IMG/VR virus record: IMGVR_UViG_3300020044_009226
Span: 1 to 39,295 of that record
Reading direction: 5' to 3' (one strand)
From: a virus
Taxonomy: Duplodnaviria > Caudoviricetes
DNA: 39,295 nt
Shown here: piece by piece, positions 8,038 through 17,613 of the stretch
Position numbering within the stretch: position 1 is the first letter of the stretch
How the letters are laid out: every line of letters starts with the position of its first letter
Position numbers and translations under genes: made by a program
Notes under the pieces: generated by a model
What the model was told of the DNA's origin: nothing
The model's database searches: none
The model's input: only the letters and a program-made list of their open reading frames with translations

Positions 8038-9420
8038 TTAATCTAGGAAATTACTAATATCTTCAAAGAAAGAGTCGCCTTGTTTGTTTTCTCTGGCCTC
8101 TTTATCAGATTTAATGATTTGGTCATAAAATTGTTTTTCACGATATGCATCATCTATAACAACAGGAACAGGAATCTTTTCAAGGTATTCTAATGATTCT
8201 CTAAACGCATATAATGTAGCATCTAAATGGTCACATTTCATACCTTCCATCTCTGTTGTTCTATCATCATTCCAAACTACTGATTTCATTTCTTTTTGTA
8301 ACTCATCTGTAGTATTTGGTAACAATATCAATTCATTATTAATAAGAGCATCATTAAGAATTTCTATATAATGAGCTTTATTAGTCTTTTGCGCTGGGTT
8401 TATAAATATATGATATTTATCGCTAAACTCTTCAATAATAATCTTTGAAGCACCGGCTGGGTCTCCAACTATTCTACGTGGTTGATACTTTTCTTTAAAT
8501 CTTTGTAAGTGGTTAGCTATACCTGATACTGACAAGCCAGACTGTCCAAATGTTTCTAATACATATGCAGTAGGGTTATCTTTACGCCACCCAATTATAC
8601 TAAACGCCGTTTGGTCATTAAACCCAAAGTCAATACCCATAACAGTATGCCATGATTCAGAGTTATATGGCGCAGGAGGAATACCAACATGAAAAGGTCT
8701 AATCATCAAAGATTCTTCATCAGTACACCACTCGCCTAAAAACTCACGACGAAATTTAGGATTGTTTTTATCAACTTTCTTACGTCTTAAAAATAATTCA
8801 GCATCCAATTCCCATTGTTTAGACATAAATGGGTTATCATAGGCAGTCCATCTAAATACATCCCACTCAGCTTGGTTAGATTGCTCAGTAACCTCATAAA
8901 ACATTCCCATACAATGTGCAGCTGGTGTACCTATCATCATAAGCTTACCTTGTAAGTCAGACAATGCTGGTACTATAATCTCATCAACTAGATAATGTAA
9001 TAGTTTTTCACGAAATGAAGCAGCCTCATCAATAATACAAAATAATAATTTTAATCCACGAAATGATTCAATTTTCATAACATTATTAGCCCCAGCTATA
9101 ATAAGCTTAGAGCCATTAGGAAATACTATCTCATCTGCGTTAACTTTAGCTTTAGGTACATATTTTGCAATTAAAGGCCTAACCGCTGGCATAAATATAT
9201 CTGCAACTGACTTATCAGTAAGGGCTAAATAGATTCCAATAGTGCCAGGGTTACTCATTAATTCTTGAATACCATAAGCAGCGCATACTGTAGTCTTACC
9301 ACCACGACGTGAACATAAAGCAGCAACAAACCTAGCTGGAGACAATGCAAACGCCAGCTGTTTATCAAATAGTTCTTTATATACAGGAGCTATTTTATAT
9401 AGTTGCTCTAATTCACTCAT
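8038..9420 (-). CDS. terL: Terminase large subunit
   Basis: Walker A SRRGGKT, Walker B CIIDEAA, coupling motif GTP, DNPF and FRREFLGEW. RNase H-like GIDFGF and DHLDA. Confidence 0.95.
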   Translation of the reverse strand: MSELEQLYKIAPVYKELFDKQLAFALSPARFVAALCSRRGGKTTVCAAYGIQELMSNPGTIGIYLALTDKSVADIFMPAVRPLIAKYVPKAKVNADEIVFPNGSKLIIAGANNVMKIESFRGLKLLFCIIDEAASFREKLLHYLVDEIIVPALSDLQGKLMMIGTPAAHCMGMFYEVTEQSNQAEWDVFRWTAYDNPFMSKQWELDAELFLRRKKVDKNNPKFRREFLGEWCTDEESLMIRPFHVGIPPAPYNSESWHTVMGIDFGFNDQTAFSIIGWRKDNPTAYVLETFGQSGLSVSGIANHLQRFKEKYQPRRIVGDPAGASKIIIEEFSDKYHIFINPAQKTNKAHYIEILNDALINNELILLPNTTDELQKEMKSVVWNDDRTTEMEGMKCDHLDATLYAFRESLEYLEKIPVPVVIDDAYREKQFYDQIIKSDKEARENKQGDSFFEDISNFLD

Positions 9421-9422
9421 TG

Positions 9423-9665
9423 TTAAGCTTCTTTAGTTACAGTCTTCTTAACTTCTTTAGGCTTAACGTCAGTTTCAACTTCTTCAAATAAAATTTCTTT
9501 AACTGAGCTCATAGGTATAATTGTGTTAAATATAATTATAGCGTTCATTTTATCAGAATAGCGAATAGAAACAGTCTGACCTTTTAATTGTTGGCCATGT
9601 GATACAACTTGTATAGAATCAAGTGTTGAAATAGCATGCAAAAAATAAACTCTTTTGATTAACAT
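9423..9665 (-). CDS. Hypothetical protein
   Basis: 80 aa ORF with GGAG RBS, in the operon with TerL. Confidence 0.6.
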   Translation of the reverse strand: MLIKRVYFLHAISTLDSIQVVSHGQQLKGQTVSIRYSDKMNAIIIFNTIIPMSSVKEILFEEVETDVKPKEVKKTVTKEA

Positions 9666-9668
9666 ATA

Positions 9669-10121
9669 TTACTCCTTTGTAATCAAGTCAAGTATGGTTT
9701 GGTTGTAAATTTTAACTTTGTCGTCTTTTTTAAGTTTAAGCATCTCTTTAGTAGGCCATGCAACTGTAATAGGTTTAGATGTATCTATTACAAGTGGCAT
9801 TAACAATTGTTTTTGAACACCTAAGTTTCTAAATACAAATTTAGTATATTGAAGATACACGTAATTAGTTTCAGGATTGGCAACAATGTAACCTATGATT
9901 TGGTTTGAATCGTCTTTATGGGATGCTATAAATATTGAGAAGTCTAATTGATGAAGTGATGAAATGATGAACTTGTTAAGGAATTCATAGATATCTTTTC
10001 TGTCCCAACCTTTAAAGATTGATTCAGTGTATTGAGATAAGCAACTGACAGAACTTGACAATATAAAATTTAGGTCGTCTGATGTAACCTCTCTTATATT
10101 AACGCTATCTTGTAAAGCCAT
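9669..10121 (-). CDS. GNAT-fold acetyltransferase-like protein
   Basis: IREVTSDDLNFI start, IIGYIVA strand, and motif-A-like YTKFVFRNLGVQKQL. Confidence 0.6.
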   Translation of the reverse strand: MALQDSVNIREVTSDDLNFILSSSVSCLSQYTESIFKGWDRKDIYEFLNKFIISSLHQLDFSIFIASHKDDSNQIIGYIVANPETNYVYLQYTKFVFRNLGVQKQLLMPLVIDTSKPITVAWPTKEMLKLKKDDKVKIYNQTILDLITKE

Positions 10122-10166
10122 GTTATCTCCTATGCTTACTACTCGAAGCTAAGCACAAAGGAGAGA

Positions 10167-10184
10167 CCCCTGTATTATCAGGGG
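10167..10184 (-). terminator. Terminator-like hairpin before the packaging operon
   Basis: CCCCTG-ATAATA-CAGGGG followed by TCTCTCCTTT. Confidence 0.6.
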
Positions 10185-10195
10185 CTTATGGTAGG

Positions 10196-10387
10196 TTATT
10201 TTTTAGATGGGTCAATAGATTGGTGGGTTTGTTGGATAATGTCTGCGGATACATGTAAGTATGCGTAAAGTGTAGCATAAATTACTACTAAGCTAAAGAA
10301 AATCATTACAGTTAAACTTATTATAGTCAATGTAAACACAAATCCTGTAACAGTTTTGGCTAAAGCCTCTTTAATTAAGTCATTCAT
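10196..10387 (-). CDS. Small membrane protein
   Basis: 63 aa with a long hydrophobic stretch, GGAGG RBS and its own promoter. Confidence 0.6.
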   Translation of the reverse strand: MNDLIKEALAKTVTGFVFTLTIISLTVMIFFSLVVIYATLYAYLHVSADIIQQTHQSIDPSKK

Positions 10388-10409
10388 GGTGTTTACCTCC
10401 TACATAAAT

Positions 10410-10438
10410 ACTATAACATAAATTAAAAATTTTGTCAA
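10410..10438 (-). promoter_or_regulatory. Sigma70-type promoter
   Basis: TTGACA-17 bp-TATAGT with extended TG. Confidence 0.7.
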
Positions 10439-10884
10439 CTATCGTATTTGGTATCATATTTACCGTCCCATATTTTAGGATCTGTAGGTGGATTGTTATT
10501 AGGAACAAATATACGTTTTCCAGATTTAGGTCTAACTAGCTGGATATGTACCCATGTAGTAGTCCATCGTTTATCTTCAAAATATAAACCTAATTGTTGA
10601 GCCAAATCAAGATTTTTTAATACATATTTAAAAACACTATTATTTGTATCTTTAATATCTATAGCTAACCCTGTAATATGATTAGATGATGGAGCTCCGC
10701 CAATCTTAGTATTATAAGATTTTGGTCTCCAACCACTTGATATTATTATAATTGGTCTGTAATTGGTTAAAAAAGTATTAACAGCCTCTAATAATTTAGT
10801 TGCGTTTGCATCTACATCTGAAGTTAAGTCGTTTGCATATTTTTTATCGTTACCATTCCAATACATTTCTTTACGTATTCTCAT
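10435..10884 (-). CDS. Peptidase M15 family endolysin
   Basis: SSGWR...N..IGGAPSSNH..GLAIDI and WVHI zinc-ligand motifs. Confidence 0.9.
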   Translation of the reverse strand: MRIRKEMYWNGNDKKYANDLTSDVDANATKLLEAVNTFLTNYRPIIIISSGWRPKSYNTKIGGAPSSNHITGLAIDIKDTNNSVFKYVLKNLDLAQQLGLYFEDKRWTTTWVHIQLVRPKSGKRIFVPNNNPPTDPKIWDGKYDTKYDS

Positions 10885-11123
10885 TTTTTAGAACCTCTAG
10901 TCATATAATGGACAAACAATGGCCAAACAAATATAAAAACTATAGTAGTAATAATTTGTAACATTAATGGGTCTTTTTCAAATACTCTATATTCTTTACC
11001 ATTTACTTTTGTTTTACCAACTTCTCTACCATAAATAACATGTTGTAGTCTAAATACAAATAACATAATAAAAAAGTGTATAAGTCCAAAACCTGTGTAT
11101 ACTAAAAATGCTGTAAATATCAT
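10881..11123 (-). CDS. Two-TM membrane protein (holin candidate)
   Basis: Two hydrophobic segments and a basic C-terminus; ATGA overlap with the endolysin gene. Confidence 0.5.
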   Translation of the reverse strand: MIFTAFLVYTGFGLIHFFIMLFVFRLQHVIYGREVGKTKVNGKEYRVFEKDPLMLQIITTIVFIFVWPLFVHYMTRGSKK

Positions 11124-11365
11124 AACAACTCCTTTAAGGTTGATTTATCTAATTCAAGATCTAATATATAATCAGAGTCATAGGATTCTAATATTAATTT
11201 AAGAATTTCAAAATTTTCTAATCCATCAATTAATGTAGACCGTACAATAAACTTGTAATTATCATAAGTTATATTATTTAAATGATGTAAATTGACAGGC
11301 CATTTCCCACAATTCCAAATTTCTTTACGAAAATTAAAAAGAATTTCACGTTCAGTGTTATTCAT
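11120..11365 (-). CDS. Hypothetical protein
   Basis: 81 aa, translationally coupled, GAGGA RBS. Confidence 0.6.
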   Translation of the reverse strand: MNNTEREILFNFRKEIWNCGKWPVNLHHLNNITYDNYKFIVRSTLIDGLENFEILKLILESYDSDYILDLELDKSTLKELL

Positions 11366-11519
11366 TGTTCGTTTCCTCGTCTGTTTTTAAAATTATTAAA
11401 GATAGTGCAATAATTATTAAAATTAACCCAGGAATAGCCTCTGGCATAAATCTAAGCACCAAATATGTAGCTGAAAACACTCCAAAAATTGCTGCTATTA
11501 CGTGTAATAATTCTCTCAT
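11358..11519 (-). CDS. Small two-TM protein (53 aa, not in the ORF track)
   Basis: MRELLHVIAAIFGVFSATYLVLRFMPEAIPGLILIIIALSLIILKTDEETNNE, with GGAG RBS. Confidence 0.6.
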   Translation of the reverse strand: MRELLHVIAAIFGVFSATYLVLRFMPEAIPGLILIIIALSLIILKTDEETNNE

Positions 11520-11520
11520 A

Positions 11521-11598
11521 TCACTCTCCGTTCATATAGGCTAAGCATGCTACCCATATAAGCAAGACACCTACTAATATCAAAATAACTGGGTTCAC
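11521..11598 (-). CDS. 25-aa hydrophobic peptide (not in the ORF track)
   Basis: GTG overlaps the polymerase stop: MNPVILILVGVLLIWVACLAYMNGE. Fills the intergenic gap exactly. Confidence 0.45.
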   Translation of the reverse strand: MNPVILILVGVLLIWVACLAYMNGE

Positions 11599-13514
11599 TT
11601 AATCAATTCCTTAATCTTATTAAGCATATCTACCCCTCTTGGGTCACTGTATGGTTCATCCTTGGTATAGACTTTCACTTCATTCCTAATAGTTAATTGT
11701 CCATTAGAAAATAGACTAACACCTTTTGCCATAGATTGCAATAGTTTTTCTTTTGATTCCTCAACTTTATCTATATCACATTCGATATAAATTGCATCGT
11801 GCAAAGTACAAACAACGCTAAGGCCAGCCTTTGATGCCTCTATTAACCCTGCTTGCATTACAGATGCCCCACCGGCTTGGTTTGGTATGTTTTGAAGCTG
11901 TGTCAAAGAATGACTTTCTTCAGTAAAGTATAACCAACCATTTAATGGTGCTTTATAGTATCCTTTACGCATAGACGAATTATAATGAGTCTCTACATAT
12001 TCCCAGTATTGTTTATAATAACGTTTATGGCCATCAATAAACTTATCAGCAATCTCAAACGCTCTACGTGACACTTGCTTTACGGTTTTAGAAAATTGAC
12101 CATCTTCTACTGTCCAAAAATCTAAATCTACTTTATCTTTATCATTAATCCAACCCATGTGGTTTTCAACTCTAAATGCCATTGATTTTAAACCCATACC
12201 GTATAAAATACCAAGGCTTAGTGGTTTCATCATATCTCGTTCTTTAGGATGACTTTTCTTAGTAGCTCCTTTAGGTGCAAACCCCATAGCTATGGCATTA
12301 GTAATGTAATGGTCTGTATTATATGAATCTAATAAGTTTGTATCTTTGCTTAAAAACCCAGCTAACGCAACTTCTTGTTGTGAAAAGTCAGCAGAAATAA
12401 AAGCTTTTCCTGGTTTTGGTAAGATTGTATTTCTAATCCATGGGACAAGATTTAATATAAACCCAAGTTTAGGTTTTGGCGAACTACGGCCAGATTTTTG
12501 ATTAAAAGGAAAGGGCGGTGTTTTAATATATCCATCTTTAGTAAGTAATGTGCTAAGGTCAGTGCTATTAAGTTGTTTTATAGTATTTCGTGCATAATAT
12601 ATAGCATCAATCTTTGTACCTTCAAACTGTGCTATGGTCTCATCTACTTGCATAAACTTTTTAAAGACTTCTTCTTTAGTAGATATTTTATCGGATTTAC
12701 CAGTTTTTTCCCAGTTGTCTATCATATTATTAGCTTTAAGAAATTTTTCGAAAGACTCCACACTAAAAGATAATTCTTGAGGTCTTTTCTTTACTTTAGC
12801 CCTATAGATTTCAAAACCAGTCTCTTTGTTGCATTCGATGCCAACTAAATATTTAATATATTCACGGTTTTTAAATACCTTTTTAACTAATTCTACGTCC
12901 ATCGGAAAACCATTAGATTTAACGTATTGTATAGTACTTTCAATTACAAAATCAGACCGAAATTTAACTTCATCATATGTAACCCCATATTGTTTATGCA
13001 GTTCATTAAGTTTTTTATATAAAGGGATTAAAACCTCAGTATCGGCTATATTATATAATTGAATTTGTTTCCATTGGTCATCAGTATAATTACCTTTACC
13101 AGCTAAGATAACCTCTATAGGGTCTTTACTCATATCGTATTTATAAGGAATGTCAAATACCTTTAAAGCTCCATCTTTAAGGGATGTAACGCCACTATAA
13201 TAATTTGGGTGGGTAAGCATGTACATTTTAGATTCAGTCCATAAATCAATCCATGTAATGGTTCTAATCTCTTCTACAGTTACACCTAAGCGCAACAATG
13301 AAGTTACTTCGGCTACTAAGTTATACCCAATAAATACATGCTTTTTATAACTTTTAAAATCTTTTAAAAATCGGTCTAAATCGCCTTTAATAAAGTTATA
13401 AAATGTACTAACTGTTATACCATTTGAATGTAAGGTCATTGAGCATGAAATAGTAAGTTGATCTGTTCTATCAGTTTCTTCTATATATTCAAAGTCAATT
13501 GCCACTAAAGCCAT
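11595..13514 (-). CDS. polA: DNA polymerase family A with 3'-5' exonuclease domain
   Basis: Exo motifs IDFE, GYNL..E and YNIADT. Motif A SADFSQQE, motif B R...KPLSLGILYG, motif C LHDAI. Confidence 0.93.
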   Translation of the reverse strand: MALVAIDFEYIEETDRTDQLTISCSMTLHSNGITVSTFYNFIKGDLDRFLKDFKSYKKHVFIGYNLVAEVTSLLRLGVTVEEIRTITWIDLWTESKMYMLTHPNYYSGVTSLKDGALKVFDIPYKYDMSKDPIEVILAGKGNYTDDQWKQIQLYNIADTEVLIPLYKKLNELHKQYGVTYDEVKFRSDFVIESTIQYVKSNGFPMDVELVKKVFKNREYIKYLVGIECNKETGFEIYRAKVKKRPQELSFSVESFEKFLKANNMIDNWEKTGKSDKISTKEEVFKKFMQVDETIAQFEGTKIDAIYYARNTIKQLNSTDLSTLLTKDGYIKTPPFPFNQKSGRSSPKPKLGFILNLVPWIRNTILPKPGKAFISADFSQQEVALAGFLSKDTNLLDSYNTDHYITNAIAMGFAPKGATKKSHPKERDMMKPLSLGILYGMGLKSMAFRVENHMGWINDKDKVDLDFWTVEDGQFSKTVKQVSRRAFEIADKFIDGHKRYYKQYWEYVETHYNSSMRKGYYKAPLNGWLYFTEESHSLTQLQNIPNQAGGASVMQAGLIEASKAGLSVVCTLHDAIYIECDIDKVEESKEKLLQSMAKGVSLFSNGQLTIRNEVKVYTKDEPYSDPRGVDMLNKIKELIK

Positions 13515-13523
13515 AAGTATCTC

Positions 13524-14123
13524 CTAAATGTGTAATGCTATATGAGCTAAATTAACTAACTCTTCGATATTTTTAGAGTCGGTTGCAATACATTCTACAC
13601 TCTCGCACGTTTCTCTTTTATCATCTAATAACATAGCATTTATATCTTGTTTTGTCACTATATTATTAATATAATCTATTTTTTCTTGAGAAGTATTAAA
13701 AATAACGGTTTTATATTGTACATCTGTCTTTTCAAAAACTTTGTTTAATGATAATCTTTGGTTAAACCCAGCTTGTTGACCACATGAAGACACAAAAACT
13801 ATTTCAACCCCCTTAAAAAAACAATTTTTAACAAATTTAAAAATAGGTGTTATTACTTTTCTGTTTTCAACAAATTCAGTAGAGGTGTTAAAATCCATAT
13901 ACATTTCAGGTTGAACCATTTTTAACACATCATGGGTATCAAAGTCTGCCCCAGACTCAAATTTGTTTTTAAAAAGCCATTGAATATAATGAGGAAACCA
14001 ATAAATAAGGGTATCATCCACATCTACAAATAATATTTTAGGTTTACACCTATTTAGTTTTTTTCTAGCATGTTGGCATATACCCATTGGGTCTAAATGA
14101 CAAATGCAGTTATTACAACTCAT
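13524..14123 (-). CDS. HAD-superfamily phosphatase (5'(3')-deoxyribonucleotidase-like)
   Basis: FVDVDDTL motif I, FVSS motif II, K, and LLDD motif IV. Short Cys/His-rich N-terminus. Confidence 0.7.
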   Translation of the reverse strand: MSCNNCICHLDPMGICQHARKKLNRCKPKILFVDVDDTLIYWFPHYIQWLFKNKFESGADFDTHDVLKMVQPEMYMDFNTSTEFVENRKVITPIFKFVKNCFFKGVEIVFVSSCGQQAGFNQRLSLNKVFEKTDVQYKTVIFNTSQEKIDYINNIVTKQDINAMLLDDKRETCESVECIATDSKNIEELVNLAHIALHI

Positions 14124-14359
14124 TTTTTTCCCTTTTTAGTGTGCTTTTGTTTTTCAATACAATAAGCCCTGTATTTATGATATTCTTCTTCCGTAAGTTT
14201 AGCTAATTTATCAAGAGTCATTTTATCATATTCTTCAATAAATTCAAATGGTTTAGTCTGCTCCATAATCTCTACCTTCATTAAAAAATTGTGAGTATTC
14301 ATCTTCAATATCAGAATCTTGCAAACTATCATTAGCTTGATTTTTAAGCTTTTCTGCAA
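14120..14359 (-). CDS. Hypothetical protein (true start probably the internal MEQTK)
   Basis: GAAGGT/GAG RBS before the internal Met; coupled to neighbouring genes. Confidence 0.45.
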   Translation of the reverse strand: MQKSLKIKLMIVCKILILKMNTHNFLMKVEIMEQTKPFEFIEEYDKMTLDKLAKLTEEEYHKYRAYCIEKQKHTKKGKK

Positions 14360-14489
14360 ACTCTTTAGTTAATTCCATTTCTTTGTCTTTAATTTGATTA
14401 ATATATGCCCTAATTTGTCTATATTGTTCACTATTAGGATTTAATAACATCATATCATATGCTTGTTTTTCTAATTCTTTAAGATTCAT
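14253..14489 (-). CDS. Hypothetical protein
   Basis: 78 aa, GGGGAG RBS. Confidence 0.6.
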   Translation of the reverse strand: MNLKELEKQAYDMMLLNPNSEQYRQIRAYINQIKDKEMELTKEFAEKLKNQANDSLQDSDIEDEYSQFFNEGRDYGAD

Positions 14490-14868
14490 TTTTGATGTCT
14501 CCCCCAGAGATTACTTTAAGTACTTCTTGATTTGAGTGTATCATACATAATCTATAAAGCATATGTAAATTAGCGCATGCATGGGCTAAATGATGGATAT
14601 TAGAATCAGAGGCTTTAACTTCTCCGGCTCTAAATGCTTCTATGTGTCTCATTAAAGCATCATAAATTTCACCAGCAGCCTCCGGTGTCATTTTTCTAAA
14701 GTTATCTACGCCATGTTTGCTACGGCCAAATGTAAACGCTAAAGCGGTGTCTTTGTTAAGATCTGGACTTAATGCTCTATAATGAGCTTTGTTAGATAAG
14801 TCACCTTTGCCAGATATACCTGGGATATTAGATACATGTTTAGCATTTGGATCAAACTCTTTAGTCAT
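14479..14868 (-). CDS. dATP/dGTP diphosphohydrolase-domain protein (DUF5664-like)
   Basis: FG..KHG.DNFRK...YDALMRH..AF..GE....DS..HHLAHA.ANL pattern. Confidence 0.8.
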   Translation of the reverse strand: MTKEFDPNAKHVSNIPGISGKGDLSNKAHYRALSPDLNKDTALAFTFGRSKHGVDNFRKMTPEAAGEIYDALMRHIEAFRAGEVKASDSNIHHLAHACANLHMLYRLCMIHSNQEVLKVISGGDIKNES

Positions 14869-15217
14869 TTAACACCTCATTAATAATTGGAATTATAATA
14901 CTACCTAATCCAGTTTCAGCAAAATTTTGATAATCTGTAGCTGTAGTTGACAGTCTTAAATAACTTGGAAGTAACCCCAATGGAATTTTATCATCAATAC
15001 TTAATTTAAGATTAGTCAAACTATTTCTATGACTTAACAATCGTCTAGAAATAGGTTCTAATACTTTAGTACCCTTAGAAAAAGTTTCTTTTTGAAATGC
15101 CCAGCTCAATCTAGTTGAAATCATTACTAAAGCTGTGTCAATGTCTTTGACTGTACTTGAAATAATTGCATCTTCAAGGTTTTTCATTTGTTTCCTCCAA
15201 TTAATTTTCCAGTCCAT
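14861..15217 (-). CDS. Hypothetical protein (probable start MKNLED at 15187)
   Basis: GGAGGA RBS before the internal ATG. Confidence 0.6.
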   Translation of the reverse strand: MDWKINWRKQMKNLEDAIISSTVKDIDTALVMISTRLSWAFQKETFSKGTKVLEPISRRLLSHRNSLTNLKLSIDDKIPLGLLPSYLRLSTTATDYQNFAETGLGSIIIPIINEVLND

Positions 15218-15963
15218 TTATGATTTTTATCTAACATCATTGGTATAAACTGTGGATGTCCATCTATAATAATTCCTACGCCAAGTATTGGCTTATTATT
15301 ATAAGACGCGCCATACTGAAATGCATAAGTATTGCGGTCTATTAAACATCCTAAATTAAAACCCCAAACAAGTCTACGTCTATTAGCTAAAAAATTTATT
15401 CCAGCGGCAGAATGAAAGTGGCCATAAACAACAGGCGTTTCATATTCAGTAGTTAACACATGGTCTGCAGTAGCTGATGTGCACTTAGAAGTATGCCCAT
15501 GGGTATAAGTTACGTTATCAATAAATGTATCATATACAAGTGGAATATCTTTAGGAAGTTGGTAAAGGTCTTTCATTGACTTTAATACAAAATCAGGTAT
15601 ACCAGCCTCATCAGCACGTTTAAAGATTCTTTCGTCATGATTACCAATGATAATAGTTTTTTTCATACCTTTAAAAAGGGGCAAAAACTCAAAATGAAGC
15701 TTTTCAAGAAATTGGTCGAATTCATCTTTAGCTGCTTTAGCCTTAGTTGATTTACCCCAAGCATTAGCAAAATACTGGTCTGCTAAGTCTCCAATTTGTA
15801 CCATTGTATTAGGCTTATATTTTTTAATAACAGACTTTAAAAATTTAATCATGTCAGGGTGTTCAAAAGGATACTGTATATCACCTACTGCAATTACTCT
15901 AGCCATATTACTCTCCTTTAAGTCTTTTTGTAATAATATCAACAGCTTGTTGTGATATATCAC
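15184..15963 (-). CDS. Calcineurin-like metallophosphoesterase (probable start MARVIAVGD at 15906)
   Basis: GDIQ, GDLAD, GNHD, THGH and GHFH motifs. Confidence 0.9.
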   Translation of the reverse strand: MIYHNKLLILLQKDLKESNMARVIAVGDIQYPFEHPDMIKFLKSVIKKYKPNTMVQIGDLADQYFANAWGKSTKAKAAKDEFDQFLEKLHFEFLPLFKGMKKTIIIGNHDERIFKRADEAGIPDFVLKSMKDLYQLPKDIPLVYDTFIDNVTYTHGHTSKCTSATADHVLTTEYETPVVYGHFHSAAGINFLANRRRLVWGFNLGCLIDRNTYAFQYGASYNNKPILGVGIIIDGHPQFIPMMLDKNHKWTGKLIGGNK

Positions 15964-16720
15964 CAGTTATAAAATTTCTGTTTAGTTTTTTTGCTACAAA
16001 AGCGGTAGTTCCTGAGCCGCCAAAACAATCTAACACAATGTCACCTTCTTTAGTTGAGCATTGGATAATTCTTTCTAATAACTTTTCAGGTTTTTGAGTT
16101 GGATATCCTACCCTTTCTTTTATATCATTAGGATGTATAATGGGTATTTTCCAAACATCTTCAGGTATTTTTCCTAATGGGTTTGCTTTATATAGTTTAC
16201 CATTATTTACTATGCCATTAGAATTTTGGTACCCGCCAGTACCTTCATATGGAATACGAATAGAATCAGAATTGAAAATATAATTATTTATATTTTTTGC
16301 ATAAAAGAAAATTGTGTCATGTTTTTTTGCGAAAGATTTTTTTTGAGGTGCTGCTCCAGAATAAAACCAAATGATTTCATTAATAATATTTTTTTCACCA
16401 AACACATCATCAAGCAAACATCTTAATCTATGAGATGCATGCCAGTCACAATGAAGAAATATTGAACCTGTTTTTTTTAATTTTTTATAAATTAATTCAA
16501 TTCGAGGTCTCATCCATTCAATATAAACTTTACTTGATTCAAATTTGTCATTAAACGAAATTTTTGTTTTATTATCAATTAATTGTCTTTGGGTAAAGAA
16601 TGGCGGATCTATATAGCACATATCAATAGATTCATCCTGTATCTCATTTAACCATTCTATATTGTCTCCTAGATATATTTTATTCATATTATTCTCCTTA
16701 GAATGAAACGCCAATGCCAA
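15908..16720 (-). CDS. DNA N6-adenine/N4-cytosine methyltransferase, beta class
   Basis: DPPF catalytic motif before YPTQKP and LDCFGGSGTT. Confidence 0.93.
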   Translation of the reverse strand: MALAFHSKENNMNKIYLGDNIEWLNEIQDESIDMCYIDPPFFTQRQLIDNKTKISFNDKFESSKVYIEWMRPRIELIYKKLKKTGSIFLHCDWHASHRLRCLLDDVFGEKNIINEIIWFYSGAAPQKKSFAKKHDTIFFYAKNINNYIFNSDSIRIPYEGTGGYQNSNGIVNNGKLYKANPLGKIPEDVWKIPIIHPNDIKERVGYPTQKPEKLLERIIQCSTKEGDIVLDCFGGSGTTAFVAKKLNRNFITGDISQQAVDIITKRLKGE

Positions 16721-17150
16721 TTGTTACTGTGCCGTCTTTAAAAGCCGACCCGCCTATTACTAAACCTGAACCTATATCATAATCAATACCAATCCCTACA
16801 TCACCAGTTGAAGGAAAACTTGGATTTGTTACATTTGTCTTAGTTTGAACCTTTACTGTTAATTTTTTAGGGTTAGTAATAGTTGTAGCAGTTTTGGATT
16901 CATTTACAACATCTTTAGAATCTTCAGTTGAACGGTCTTTTTCAATAATTTTTTCAGTAACTTTACCGTCTTTGTCAATTACCCTGTCAATTACACGGTC
17001 AACAATAACCTTTTTTTCTACTTCTTTAATTTCAACTTTGGTTTCAACCTTAGTTTCAATCTTAGTGGGTAATAATATAGTAGCTACAACAGCCCCTATA
17101 ACTAGTGATATAACCCCTACGGCTACTGTAATTTTAATGTCATTAAACAT
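16698..17150 (-). CDS. Membrane-anchored protein with C-terminal amphipathic beta strands (spanin-like candidate)
   Basis: N-terminal TM, extended K/E/V/T linker, and C-terminal GIGIDYDI...VIGGSAF...VTIGIGVSF. Confidence 0.5.
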   Translation of the reverse strand: MFNDIKITVAVGVISLVIGAVVATILLPTKIETKVETKVEIKEVEKKVIVDRVIDRVIDKDGKVTEKIIEKDRSTEDSKDVVNESKTATTITNPKKLTVKVQTKTNVTNPSFPSTGDVGIGIDYDIGSGLVIGGSAFKDGTVTIGIGVSF

Positions 17151-17613
17151 AGTTTAACTCCTCTAGTTGATGTTTTAATAATGAAAGGGAAGTAGTTATT
17201 AACACGGTGTCTCCAGCCTTTCTAAGTAAATAGTGAAAATCTCTTTGATATATTGTAGTGTGTCCGCCATCATTCTTTTTATACTCAATCCAAAGCTTTT
17301 TATCGTTTTTAAAACACAATGTATCTGGAATACCTTTAGCTGGATTTGGAACCCTCATTGATGTACCTGGTATTGGGATTCCGCCAGTGTATATAGTTAT
17401 AACATGCCAGCCTTGTTTTTTCAAGTACTTATTGCATTCATCCCTAACTTTTTTTTCGTCTTTCCCAGACTCATATGGGTCTTTTGGGTGTTTCTTTTTT
17501 TGGTCCAAATCCACATTTTTGGGTTTTAACAAATGTGATTTATCTTCAATTTCTTGATTAAAATACTCTTTAGATGGCAATCCCTCAGCCAATAATTTAT
17601 CTCTGATGCTCAT
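17143..17613 (-). CDS. VRR-NUC family nuclease
   Basis: E..V......YL, KGIPDTL, WIEYKK..G.....Q pattern. Confidence 0.85.
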   Translation of the reverse strand: MSIRDKLLAEGLPSKEYFNQEIEDKSHLLKPKNVDLDQKKKHPKDPYESGKDEKKVRDECNKYLKKQGWHVITIYTGGIPIPGTSMRVPNPAKGIPDTLCFKNDKKLWIEYKKNDGGHTTIYQRDFHYLLRKAGDTVLITTSLSLLKHQLEELNYV

